DNA from: the human T2T-CHM13v2.0 reference genome, Homo sapiens
DNA length: 64,000 bases
Strand: one strand, 5' to 3'
NCBI RefSeq assembly: GCF_009914755.1
Contig: NC_060929.1
A program made the position numbers and the translations under genes. This document shows positions 1 through 12,120 of the stretch, piece after piece. Positions within the stretch are counted from its first letter, which is position 1. Each line of letters opens with the position of its first letter. The notes below the pieces were generated by a model. The model had not been told where the DNA came from. It searched no databases and saw only the letters and a program-made list of their open reading frames with translations.

Positions 1-63
1 AATATTTTCAATTTATAATCAGTTTATCAGGATGTAATCCCATCATGAGTCAAGAAGCATCTG
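1..63 (-). mobile_element. MER47/Tigger5-type DNA transposon terminus (cut by window edge)
   Basis: Reverse complement reads CAGATGCTTCTTGACTCATGATGGGATTACATCCTGATAAAC, resembling the recalled MER47A terminal sequence CAGATGCTCCTCGACTTACGATGGGGTTACGTCCCGATAAAC. Confidence 0.65.
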
Positions 64-139
64 CATTTCCCCTAAGTAGTTTTAAAAATACACCTAGTTT
101 CTTCTTGTGTTCTTTTTAGAAATTTGCTACTGTACCGTC

Positions 140-555
140 AAATGGTAGAATATGTGTACCTCTCCCTTGAACTGTGGCAGAAGTGCTAAAACATGATTTC
201 TGGAGCTAAAAACAATATAGCGCTTCCTGACTCTCTTAGGAAGCTTGCTTTTGGAACTCAGCCAACATGCTTTGAAGAAGCCATGTAGCCACACGGAGGC
301 GTTCTTCTGACAGCCCTTTAGTGAGTTCTCAGCTGAGGGACCCCAGCAATCCATTAGACATGTAAGTGAGCAAGCAAACAAGTCTATCTTTCAGCTGTCC
401 TTTGCGACACCCCAAGTGATGTCACATAAAGCAGAAATAGGTCTTTCTCCCACAAACCCGACAAAACTGCAGATTTATGATTTAATAAAATATTGGGATC
501 AGCTGCAGACAGTGAATTGTATAGTGATTTCTTATAAAGAAATGGGTAGTACACT
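140..555 (+). mobile_element. Old MaLR LTR (MLT1H/I/J-like), degenerate
   Basis: Motifs ggaactcagccaacatgct-gaagaagcca, agacatgtaagtgagcaagc and aaactgcagatttatga resemble MLT1 LTRs. Boundaries approximate. Confidence 0.55.
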
Positions 556-1602
556 TAGAGAGTAACACTTGAATATTCTGTGCCTCCCACATCCTTCTAA
601 TTTTTCCCTGGAGTTTAGATAACTTATCCTTTACTGAACTCAATTGTATGTTTATTCCAGTTTTTTTTGTTTGCTTCATCTTGTTTTATTTATTTGTATT
701 TTTTGAATAATTTTCCATTTCTTCCTCTAAGTGGTAACTATATATTTTACTTACTACCTACCCCAGCTGTGAGCCTAAAGTGACCAGAATCAAAATTTGT
801 TTCTAACAATCAGGGCCATGGTTGTTACTCTTCATTCTTATGTGGCGAGCCTGACTGCTGAGGAAATTCTTAAAACTGAGGATAAGCATAGTATTCAATA
901 GATCTCTACATTAGGCACAGGATGCTTTTAAGCATTAGTGTACTTTGATAAAAACTTTGGAAAAAACATTTTGGATGTAGAACTGGAGGGGCATTTAAGT
1001 AGAATAGGTTGTATTCCTTGACAAATAGCAAGCCATGACACAACTGAGTGGCTATTTGACCTGATACTTTTTTATGTGTTTGTTAAAATCCACCTTTACC
1101 ACATTTGTTTATCCCAACATAGCATTGGTATCTAATCTTTATCAAAATTATATTGCATTCTTTATGATAACTCTCAGTTTTACTGTTTGACTAACTTGAT
1201 CTGTCATATTTGCAAATATGGCTTACGGTAACTGACTTTAATGTTCCAGAAGGATCAAGGTAGTTACAGAGTTTTTGTCCTTTCCATTTCACAGAACTGG
1301 ACCCTTATCGTCTACTAGTGTAGAGGTTGGAAAACTTTCCTTGTAAATATTACTCAGCTTTGCAAGCCTTATTTCTCTGTTGCAACTAGTTAACTCTACC
1401 ATGTGATACAAAAGAAGCCATAGACAATACATAAAAAATGGGTCTATTTTCCAGTAAAACATTTTTAACAAAAAAGGTGACAGATTAGATATGGTCCACG
1501 AGCAATAGTTTGCCAAACCTTCTACCAGAATAAGAACGTTATAGAAATTTTTCTGTTAAATATTTGGTAAGTCAGTTAAGCTTGTATCTATTTATTATCT
1601 AA

Positions 1603-1946
<344 letters not shown>

Positions 1947-2429
1947 TATTAATATTTTTAAAAGACTTCACAAGATAGAAGTTATGTGTTGAAAGAATAC
2001 TTTGAAGTTTAAAAAGTACTACAAAAATGCTTTATAATTTGTGACAAAAATTTAAAATCTTTGGGATGTAAAAATGTGTGTGGTGATGGCAATTTGAAGA
2101 TTACCCCCGAGTGACCTAATGATAGTCACTTCAACTAAACACCTGGATTCATTAAAGCAAATAATTGCTTCTTTTTGTAGGCTCAAAAATGTATCTCTTT
2201 TGGTTTTATTGTAAATAAAAAAATAGCTTTCAAATTGAAAGTACAGAGATGCACATCCTTATTTTCTAGCATATAAATAAATAGTAAGAAAAAGTTCAAA
2301 ATGTGGTAAACTGCATTCAGAATTCCTTTTGTTACTCCAAATAGGAGTATATTACTTATTTTAAAATATAGTTCAAGTTGACAATAAAATAACAACCATG
2401 AATGCATTTTAATTTCTTCTTTTAAAATA

Positions 2430-3075
2430 TTTCTGGTTCACTGTTTAGGAGCTGAGCATAAAATAAGGAATCTAGCAAACAAAAATTATTTTCTTTATGG
2501 AGCTTGCATTCTACTGCAGGTTATAGACAATAACAAAGATAAAAATACATGCCATGGTAGATGATTATAAGATGCAAAATTAGGAGGCAAGCACGTAAGG
2601 ATTATAGGGAGGAAAGATACAATTTTGAAAATTCCAAGAACCACTAATGAGAAGGTTTCATTTGACGAAACACAGGAAAAAACCTTTTTCTGGTTGTTGT
2701 GTTATGAGGGAGATTTTCAGGCAGAAGTTTTAACAACTTCAATCACACCAATATAGAAGCTTTCGCGGTGAATTTGAGGAACATCTTTAAGTCCTGTGGG
2801 ACCAGAGAAAAGGGAGAGATGAGGAGGTAGTGAAGTGTAAACCAGAAGGATAAAGGGAGGTCAGATCCTATGAGACTCTGAGGCCTTTTAAAGTACTTTG
2901 GTATTTGCTTTGAATTGGGAAGTTATTGTAGAGCTTTGACCTAAAAATTGACAACTGATTTACTTTTATAAAGATTCCCCTGCAAAGCTGAAAAAAAAAA
3001 AAAAGAGATCAGTTAAGAAGCTATGGGTGTTCACATCAGTGTTAGCAGCCAAGTGGTAGGAAATCATCAGATTCT
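2430..3075 (-). mobile_element. L2 LINE fragment
   Basis: tggagcttgcattcta, ttcaggcagaag, tttgaggaaca and gtcagatcctatgag...gatttactttta are typical of antisense L2 3' sequence. Highly diverged. Confidence 0.55.
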
Positions 3076-3520
3076 TCAATGAACAAGACGTACAACTCAC
3101 ACAACAGATGAAAATTATAACAAATTATAACAAGAATACTTATTTATAAAAGTAACTTGTAACAGTGAGCACAGGAATTCCATAATTGTTGGGAAAGCAT
3201 TTCTCAGATATCAGGATTGACTAGGCTCCCACACTGTTTTATTTTTATAAATTTGCCTAAGAAATGGACAAACGAACAAAGGGGAAAAATGTTCACATGG
3301 CCACTTATAGAAATGGATATTTCCCCTTTATCCTCAATGGATTTTTAAGGTAGAGTTCAAATTATTTCCTAATCCTGGATTGTATTTAGTAGGTGAAAGA
3401 AAGGTAATATCATTAAATAACTGTGACTACAAATAGAAAATACATTGAAAACTTTCACAGTAACAATGAGACAAATTTCTACGGAAAACTACCAAGCATT
3501 AAAAAAAATACTCAGAACTC

Positions 3521-3631
3521 TTTTATTATTATTATTATTATTATACTTTAAGTTTTAGGGTACATGAACCAAACACTGCATGTTCTCACTCATAGGTGGG
3601 AATTGAACAATGAGAACACATGGACACAGGA
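3521..3631 (-). mobile_element. Very short 5'-inverted young L1 (L1PA2-4-like) with TSD
   Basis: 3521-3566 is the antisense L1 3' terminus (tta-repeat tail, atactttaagttttagggtacatg). 3567-3631 is sense L1 3' sequence. TSD agaactctt at 3514-3522 and 3632-3640. Confidence 0.9.
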
Positions 3632-3751
3632 AGAACTCTTAAATATATAGTGGATTTATATAAATAAAGGGCAACTGTAGATTAATAGATTATAGATATG
3701 TAGATAGACAGATATCATAAAGTTGAATAGGAGCCCTGTACTCATAGTACT

Positions 3752-4070
3752 TGTATTAGTCCATTTTCATACTGCTATAAAGAACTACCTGAGGCTGGGT
3801 AATTTATAAAGGAAAGAGGTTTAATGGACTCACAGTTCAGCATGGCTAGGGAGGCCTCAGGAAACTTACAATTATGGCAGAAGGCAAAGGGAAAGCAAGA
3901 CACCTTCCTCAAAAGGCCGCAGGAAGGAGAAGTGCTGAGCAAAGAGGGAAGAACCCCTTATAAAACCATCAGATGTCATGAAAACTCACTCACTATCATG
4001 AGAACAGCATGGAGGAAACCTCCCGCATGTTGATGAGATTTGGGTGGGGACACAAAGCATAAGCATATCC
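3752..4070 (-). mobile_element. THE1D-like solo LTR (ERVL-MaLR)
   Basis: Runs tgtattagtccattttcatactgctataaag...gagatttgggtggggacacaaagcataagcatatcc. 5-bp TSD gtact at 3747-3751 and 4071-4075. Internal deletion near 4030. Confidence 0.9.
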
Positions 4071-4716
4071 GTACTCTTTCCATTCTCAATGAGTTTTCTT
4101 TTTGTTTTGGGAAGGTGGTGGAGATTAACTTTTGTCAGCATAGATCTGAGGAATCCCTGCATTAATGCTATAATTCACTATAGCAGGTTAAATGTCATTT
4201 TCATAAAATAAAAAGTAAAAATAAAAGTCTTTACAAAAGTTTGCAGTCATTTAAGTTGGTCATTAACCCAACCAATGCCATCTATGGCATAATATCTAAA
4301 ATCAACGATGTACTAACCTGCTTATTTTTTTCTGTGAATCCATGACAAAAATTATTCACCAGGTCCATTAACCATGGCGTTGCTAAGAAATGCCAGGTGA
4401 TATAGTTTTATTTTTCTTAGAGACTGCACAACAGATACACAATTTATGAAGATGGGTCTGGTAATTCAAATAAATTTTATGTTCAATTTTTATGATTCCC
4501 ATACCAAAATAATAAATATTATCTAAAAGAAGTCTAAACTAAGAATACTAAGATAGTAAATAATCTGCATAAAATAAGATTTGGATTTTAAGCTATTCCT
4601 CAAATTTAAAATTAACCTAGTGAAATAGCAAGAGACATAATGCTGTTAAAATTTCTTATATTTTTATTAACATCTGAAGTTAAAGTTTGTCAAAGGAGAG
4701 GGGGCATTATTATTCT

Positions 4717-5108
4717 TGTCTTACACTGAATATGCTGCTGTAACAGAATACCACAGACTGGGTATTTCACAATGAAGAGAAGTTTATTGGCTCATGGTTC
4801 TGGAAGCTAGGAAGTCCAAGATTGAGGGACCAGCGTCTTGCAAGGGCCTCCTTGCTGCATCAACCTATGGCAGAAGGGCAAAAAGAGGGGAAGAGAAAGA
4901 GACAAAAGGGGGTCAAGCGTCCTTTTATAAGGAAACTGCTTCTGTGACAATGAACTCTCTCTGTAGATAGTGGCATTAATTCTTTCATGAGGACAGAGTA
5001 CTCATGGTCTAATTACCTTTCATTTGGCCTGACCTTCCAATACTGTCTTAATTAAGTTTCCAACACATGCTTTTCATGCTTTTCTGGAAACACATGCGAA
5101 CCAAAGCT
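4717..5108 (-). mobile_element. MST-family solo LTR (MSTB/MSTC-like)
   Basis: gctgtaacagaataccacagactggg...tttattggctcatggttctggaagctaggaagtccaagat...aagtttccaacacatg. Confidence 0.75.
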
Positions 5109-5889
5109 TTCCTTAATCTTTAGAGAGTAATTTTGGCAATGTATCATTTTGGGAGTTTGTAACTCTCTTGTATGGAATATATTATCAGTTTTTGCTAAGT
5201 AGGCAACTAATATGTTGCTACTAGTAAAAAGATAAATTAATAATAGGTATATAGTATGATAAATATCTAAACTGTACACTTGTTTTGGCTATATCTCATA
5301 CATTTTAGTTTTAAAATCACCATGTAAGACTCAACTATTCTTTAAAACTGAATTTCACATTTCATTTTCAAGTGGCATAAATCCTCAGATAACAATATGT
5401 ATGATGCAACTTGAGAATTTTTTTTATTTTAGAAAAATTGCAGAGATTATTGGGAGAAAATCCTCAAGCTTGTTAAAATGTATCTGCTCTATCAACCATT
5501 GACAGTAAAAACTGTGTTAAGACATTACTCTGTCTTTCCAGTGATCTCAGTTATCCTCAGGTGCCAAATACATAATTGATTCTCTATTTCATCTATCTTT
5601 CTCATCACCATTCTTATCCCTGCTCAGCATCAGGGTTTAAACTATGCATTCTCTTCCACATTCATTTTTTTTAACCACAAATCCTTCCACCCCTACCTTT
5701 TATATTTTCAAAGTCTCCCATAAATATTCTCTGTATAATTGTGAATAAAATTGGCTGTGCAAATTAAACATGATATTTATCTACTTTCACTATGCTTAGG
5801 CAACTAGGAGCATTATTGAGCTTATTTAGCTTATACAAACAAGAAATGAAAAATAAAATTCAACATATTAATACATATTTTCAAAGTTA

Positions 5890-6064
5890 AAGAGTTTACA
5901 GCTTTGAGTGTTTATTAGAATAACATGAGGAGTTTTTAAACTTACTGATGCTGAAGCCCAATCCCAATCTTGCTAAATCAGGTTATGTGGATGGCGCCTA
6001 TCTACAGTTTCTTTTTAAAAGCTCACTAGGTGACTCTTATATGCAGCTAGAATTAGATCCTCTG
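5890..6064. mobile_element. MER5-type hAT-Charlie MITE, degenerate
   Basis: ttagaataacatgaggag...actgatgct...tttttaaaagctcactaggtgactcttatatgcagc. Confidence 0.55.
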
Positions 6065-6091
6065 GTATAACATATATGCTGTGACATGTGT

Positions 6092-6630
6092 CAGAAGTTC
6101 TCTAACTATCTCAGGCCCACTTTGAACTCTTTAAAAAATTATTGAGGATCTAGAGAGGCTTTTATTTACATAGGTTACATAGATCAATAATTACAGTATT
6201 AGAAATTAAAACTGAGCAAACTGAAGCTATTTCTTCATTTCAAAATAGAAGTAAAAAGAAAACATCATATGCTAACGAGATAATATTTTATGAAAAATAA
6301 CTGTAATTTACAAACCAATAAAAATAAGGAAAAAAACTGGACTCATTTATTTTTTCAAATCTCCTTAATGACTAATTTAATTAGAAGACAGCTGAATCCT
6401 TCTATCTGCTCATGTATTTATTCCTTTGGGATATCACATGTTATGTAGCCTCTGGTAGACTCCACTGTATGCTCTTTAGAAAATTAGAAATAAAATAAAA
6501 ATATTATTTTATTTTCAGGAAGATAGTTTTAACCCTATAGAGCCCTGAAAGAGTCTCAATAATCCTCAGAATTTCTTAAATTTTTGAGAGCGACTGCTCT
6601 CAAATCAATCCACATTTTGAGAACTACTGC
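6092..6630 (+). mobile_element. Charlie4a-like hAT DNA transposon relic
   Basis: Starts cagaagttctc...tctcaggcccactttgaactctttaaaaaattattgagga and ends ccacattttgagaactactg; ends are TIR-like. Confidence 0.65.
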
Positions 6631-6799
6631 TATATTCAAAGGAACACATATATTTTCCTCCATTGATAAATACTGTGGATGAGGGTTGTGGAAGTAGCGT
6701 GGGACTTTTTATTTAAAATTTATTATCTGAAGATTAGCTGTTCTATCTGAAAACTGCATCTATTCTCTGAAATGTGACTGATATATCAGAAGTTTGAAT

Positions 6800-7880
6800 G
6801 TTTTGGAAAACATTTAGAACTACAGAAAAGTTAAAAATTATCAAGTGGAGCTCCCTTGTCGTCATTAATTCACCTCTACAAATGTCAATGTCTTATGTAG
6901 CTATAATGCAATTATCAAGTTTAGGGAATTAATATTGACATAATATTTATTATTAAACTACAAACCTCATATAAAAATTAAAATGTTGTACTTCTCTTTT
7001 AAGATACTATGCAGGATTCCACATTGCATTGAGTAATTTTTAGCAATCTCTTCAAAACTTTGACAATTTCTCAGATATTTGTTTTGCATGACCTTGACAC
7101 TTTTGAGGATTGATCAATTGTTGTGAATTACGCTCCTCCATTTGGTTTGTCTGATACTTTCTCATGGTTGATATGAAGTTATACATTTTGGCAAGAATAT
7201 CATAGAAGGTGTGCTGTATACTTTTAGGTCCATTATATATATATAGGGTTTCATCATGAGGCTAGATCTTACTAATGATATTTAGTTTGATCACTTCGTT
7301 AAGTTGCTGTCTCATGAGTTTCTTCCATGTAAAGTTATTTATCTTCCCTTTTGTATTTAAATGTTATCTTTGGGAAGATATGTTAAGACTATGCAAATCC
7401 CATGTTTTCTCATACTTCTTTTATTTATTGCCTACTTATTTTAGCATCTAGTGGTGGATCTTGTCTACAACCACTATTATTGTTATGTTTGCCTAATGAT
7501 AATTCTCTATTTCTATGTTTTCTCCTTCTGTGTTTTTAATTGGATTGCTAATGGAAGAAAGATTAATTGCTTTTCTCACATTTTTGAAAGTATATCAAAT
7601 TATTTGTATAAGTACAGAGTTGTGGATATTTATTTTATCAGATAAATCTAATATTGCAATTATTTATTTTGTGCCCCAATTTTAACAATTTTGGCCACTA
7701 ACAGTTCCTTTGAGATGTCACACATACTCTTTTCAAAAGCAATTTTTTAAAAATAATTTTCTTACTTCCTCATACCCCAGGATTTTTCAGGCTCTTCTTG
7801 TATTTTCTTATCCTGGCTGTGTCACTTTTCTAGTGGTAAATGGTGTTTAAAATCCAACATCTTGGCGGTAGGTGGCTCTC
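6800..7880 (-). mobile_element. Ancient L1 3' region (L1MC-like)
   Basis: tttagaactacagaaaagtt...gcaattatcaag...catgaccttgacacttttgagga...acattttggcaagaatatcatagaag match antisense L1MC-type 3'UTR. Confidence 0.6.
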
Positions 7881-9087
7881 TGCTTTGCCATTAGAAGTTT
7901 TGTTCATCCGATACTGCGAAATTTTCTTAGTGTTATCATACAATTTTGTCTTCATTTTAGAATTAGTAAAGAATACTGACTTTCTTTTGTATTATCTTTT
8001 GTGGAAAATATGAATATAATGAATTTTAGAGTTCTTTGTTTACTGTGCTTACTTTTGAGGGATTTCCTAGCAACTATGTTTCATACTCTAGGTAAAACCT
8101 CGTTGTTTCCAGAGCTGCTTTTATTTTCTTCTGTCATAGGCAACAGTCCTGAAACAGAGCTTACAGGTACTTCAGTCAAAAGCATTTTTTCACAGTAGTA
8201 ATCCTCATGTTTCACCAGCTAGGGCTCTTGTTGACTCCACTGTGTACTTGAAAGCTTTTGTGTATCCCAAAAACATTTATTTCAAAGATGGTTTTCTGTT
8301 AGAATCAAGCTTTCTAATGTAAAGTGCAAATGATTTTTCTTCCAGATATTTTGTTGTTTCCAAAATACATTATATATGTGTTTGTATATAGATATATGTA
8401 AGTATGTACCTATGTGTAAATCTAGCAATATATTTAAAAATTTAGTAATAGATAACAATTTAGTCATAAGTTAAACAACTGCATTCAAATTTGGGAATAA
8501 TGTTGTATCAAGTTTACTTTTCATAATTAATTTTGATTTCATTTTCTTACTATAAGGAAGGGAATATAAAAATACTACCTTCTAATAAAAAGTATATTTG
8601 AAGAAAATATAGTAAAAGGAGCACAGATATACTTTCTAGATAGTACTTCCCATATTGGTTTTGTATCTGAAACAAATTTATGATATAATTATAACACTAA
8701 TTAAGTCATCCATATTTTGGTTTTATTTATATCAAATCCTATATGTGTTTACTATATTTTTGACCTGACATGACTCATGAATTTACATATTTCTACAAAA
8801 TATTCCCTTTTATTTTGTAGAAGCCTAAAAGTTTATTTTTGATTTTTGCTGTTTTACTATTGAACAAAGTGAGCGATTGTTATATGTATTATTATTATTT
8901 TACTTTCAAAACCAAAATTACTGATATTCACAGTATTTGTCTTCTATTATACTATAATTAATGCTATTTACATAATTCATTATAATATCGATGAATAACA
9001 AGTGGTAAGAAAATGATTATTTTATATCACTGATTTTAGTACATCTAGAGAGTTTAGAGTTATATAAACACATGCACACATAAAGAA

Positions 9088-10010
9088 GTAGATATGCCTT
9101 TCTGCACCTGACTTATTTCACTTAACAAAATGTCCTCCATGTCCATTTATGTTGCTGCAAATGATAGAATTTCATTCTTTTTATGCCTTAATCATATTCC
9201 ATTGTGTTTATATACCATATTTTCTTTATCCATTAATCCAATGATGGACACTGAGGTTGATTTAATATCTTGGCTATGGTGTCTCTTTGTTATACCATCT
9301 CTTTGTTATACTGATCCCTTTCTTTTAGATATATACTCAGCAGTGTGATTGATAGATCACATGGTAGTTCTGTTTTTAGTTTTTTGAGGAATCTTCATAT
9401 GGTTTTCCATAGTGTGGCTATACTAATTTTACATTCCCACAAATAATGTGCAAGGTTTCCCCTTTTTCCACATCCTTACTAGCATCTGTTATTTTATGCC
9501 CCCTTGATAATAGCATTTGGACTGGAGTGAGATGATGTGTCATGTGGTTTTGATTTGAATTTCCCTGATGAGTAGTGAAATAAGTACACACAGAAAGACA
9601 AATAGTTGTTAGGTGCATGTTCTCCCTCATGTGTGGGAGCTAAAAAATTGTCTCATGTAAGTAGTGACTAGAATGGTGGTTACCAAAAGCTGAGAAGAGT
9701 AGGAAAAGAGGAGATGAAAGAGGTATGCTGATCGGTTCAAAAATACAGTTAGAAGAAGAAATCATTTCTAGTGTTTGATAGAACACTAGGGCTACTACAA
9801 TTAATAATAGTTTATTGTATATTTCTAAATAGCTACAATAGATGATTTGGAATAACACAAATAAATGATAAATATTTGAGGTAATGAATCTCATTTATCT
9901 TGATTTGATCATTACATTGTATGCATGTATGAAAATATCACTGTAACCCATCAATATGTACAACTATTATGTATTACTAACAATGAACAAAAGAAAAATA
10001 AAAACTAAAA
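9088..10010 (+). mobile_element. L1MA (MA4/5-like) 3' fragment with 5' inversion
   Basis: About 9088-9578 is antisense L1 (cttatttcacttaac...ttccctgatga). 9574-10010 is the sense 3' end (gtgaaataag...aatatgtacaactattatgta) plus an A-rich tail. Confidence 0.8.
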
Positions 10011-10295
10011 AGGTGTGCAATTTAAAAGTTAATTTACTTAAGCAACATGTTTTTAATGAAATTTATTAAATAGCATTGTGAAAAAAGGTAACAAGTAGAA
10101 AACAATAAGGAATTCTAAATTTTTTAGATAGAAAACTTAGAATTCTAGGGAACATGAAAAAAATTTTGCATATTGAGGTTTTTATGCCTATATTAAAAAT
10201 TGAGAAATATTAAGCAAAAATTCATGTTTTGAAAACTACACAGAAAATCTACACATTTATAAATTGGAACCATTATATAACATTAGATTTTTAAA

Positions 10296-10725
10296 AATTA
10301 TTATTATACTTTTAGTTCTGGGGTACATGTGCAGAACGTGCAGATTTGTTATATAGCTATACATGTGCCATGGTGGTTTGCTGCAGCCATTAACCCATCA
10401 CCTACATTAGGTATTTCTCCTAATGCTATCCCTCCCCTAACCCCTAATCCCCTGACAGGCCCCAGTGTGTGATGTTCTCCTGTCTGTGTCCATGTGTTCT
10501 AATTGTTAACTCCCACGTGTGAGTGAGAATATGTGGTGTTTGGTTTTCTGTTCTTGTGTTGGTTTGCTGAGAATGATGGTTTCCATCTTCATCCATGTAC
10601 CTGAGAAGGACATGAACTCATCATTTTTATGGCTGCATAGTATTCCGTGGTGTATATGTACCACATTTTCTTTATCCCGTCTATCACTGATGGACTTTTG
10701 GGTTGGTTCCAAGTCTTTGTGTGAA
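10296..10725 (-). mobile_element. 5'-truncated L1PA7/8-like element
   Basis: ttattatacttttagttctggggtacatgtgcagaacgtgcag...ggttccaagtctttg. Flanking duplication attagatttttaaa at 10282-10295 and 10733-10746. Confidence 0.9.
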
Positions 10726-11244
10726 GGTAAGTATTAGATTTTTAAAGGCATAAAGGATTATAAGTTTTAATAGGTAATCCACTAACATTTTGGTTTGTTT
10801 GCTCTCTGTTGTCTCATTACGAATTAGTGCATATAACTAAAGTACTTTACTTAATCAATTAACCATATATGGTATTTTATTATAAAAGTTTAAATGCTGC
10901 AATACATGTATTTCCTTGTAATTATATGTATAAGCCTGCATATCTATTTACCATACTAATTAGCACCTTTTATGGCAAACACACAAATAAATAAACAGAA
11001 AACATTATGCTTTCACATAGTTGGTAGTTAAACAATTGGAGTATTGCCAGAACATGTTGAGTAGTGCTTGAATAAATGTGCTCACATTATTATTTTAATT
11101 AACCGCCAATGTGATATTTCAAAGTAATTATAACACAACAATTTGGAGACTATATTTATTGACTAGATTTATTGATAGGGAGAATTCCTTTCCTTACTAT
11201 TTAAAATACATATATTATCTTATAAATGTTAGCTAAAATGGTAT

Positions 11245-11620
11245 TTCCATTCATATGTAAATAAAGACTTACTATATGTCTACTATGAGTCAGCTGCTGT
11301 GCAAGGACCTGGAGATTTCATGAGCCCTCAAGGAAGGCTCCCATGTCAATGAAAAGAGTATACATATTGAAAAAAAAATGTAGCAAAAATAAAAGTTTCT
11401 AGCTTTTCCAGGAAGAAGAAATAGATTATTAAGTTTTGGTTGTTAAAAAACACTTCATATATGTAAAAATAATTAATATTCATATATGTCAAGAGAGGTA
11501 GGCAAGAAAACATCATGTGCAATATTTAAGGCCAAGAACATACTGAAACTTGAGAGAAGGAACTGAAGTGAGTGAGGATATTACAGCTTTGCCTAGAGTA
11601 AAGCTGAAGCAGCAGGATTT
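11245..11620 (-). mobile_element. L2 3' fragment
   Basis: ccattcat...tactatatgtctactatgagtcagctgctgtgcaaggacctggagat resembles the L2 3' terminus. Confidence 0.4.
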
Positions 11621-11672
11621 ATGAGAAAAAAATTTTGTAAATGCTGACGTAAAACAGAGTTAGTAAGGATAT

Positions 11673-11877
11673 TGTATTAATTTTCTATATCTACTGTAAC
11701 AAATTACCACAAACTTGAAACACCACCAATTTATGATTTTACAATTCTGGAGTTTAGACATCTAAAAAGAGACAGAAGGGCTGCAATTTTTCTGCAAGAT
11801 ATAGGGAGAAATTCCCTTGCTTTTTCCAGCTTTCAGTGGCTGCTTTCATTACTTGAACCATGGCCTGTTGCTCCTTC
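11673..11877 (-). mobile_element. MLT1B/C-like LTR, left part (split by insertion)
   Basis: tgtatta...ctgtaacaaattaccacaaactt...tttttccagctttcagtggctgc...catggcc...ctcc. Continues at 14066. Confidence 0.75.
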
Positions 11878-11884
11878 TTTTTTT

Positions 11885-12120
11885 CCTTACAAAAATGCAA
11901 AAGCAATTTAGTGGAATAAGATAGTTTTTTATTTTATTTTATTTTTTAGAAAATAATACTGGAAAAGAGATGTTCCTGTCTTTAAAAAAGAACTTTAATC
12001 CATACTTTGTATATAAAAATTAATTCAAAATGGATCACAGACTTCAAAGTAAAATGTAAAACTGTAAACTGCTAGAGGAAAACGTATGAGAAAATATTTT
12101 TGATCTAAGGTAAGGCAAAG
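11885..12120 (+). mobile_element. Old L1M ORF2 fragment (probable passenger of a 3' transduction)
   Basis: gcaaaagcaatttagtggaataagatagt...aaaattaattcaaaatggatcacagactt...ctagaggaaaacgtatgagaaaatatttttgatctaaggtaaggcaaag is sense ORF2 of an L1M-age element. It has no 3' end of its own. Confidence 0.7.

Noticed and set aside
1270-1340. Strong-looking splice acceptor tttttgtcctttccatttcacag (AG at 1293-1294)
   Set aside because: No convincing downstream donor or recognisable coding sequence; such motifs are frequent in AT-rich DNA.
10719-10734. aggtaagtat at the L1 5' junction, complementary to the U1 snRNA 5' end (U1-L1 chimera or splice donor?)
   Set aside because: The match is only 10 nt and partly inside the TSD. 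The preceding tgtgaa is explained by L1 sequence with a small deletion.
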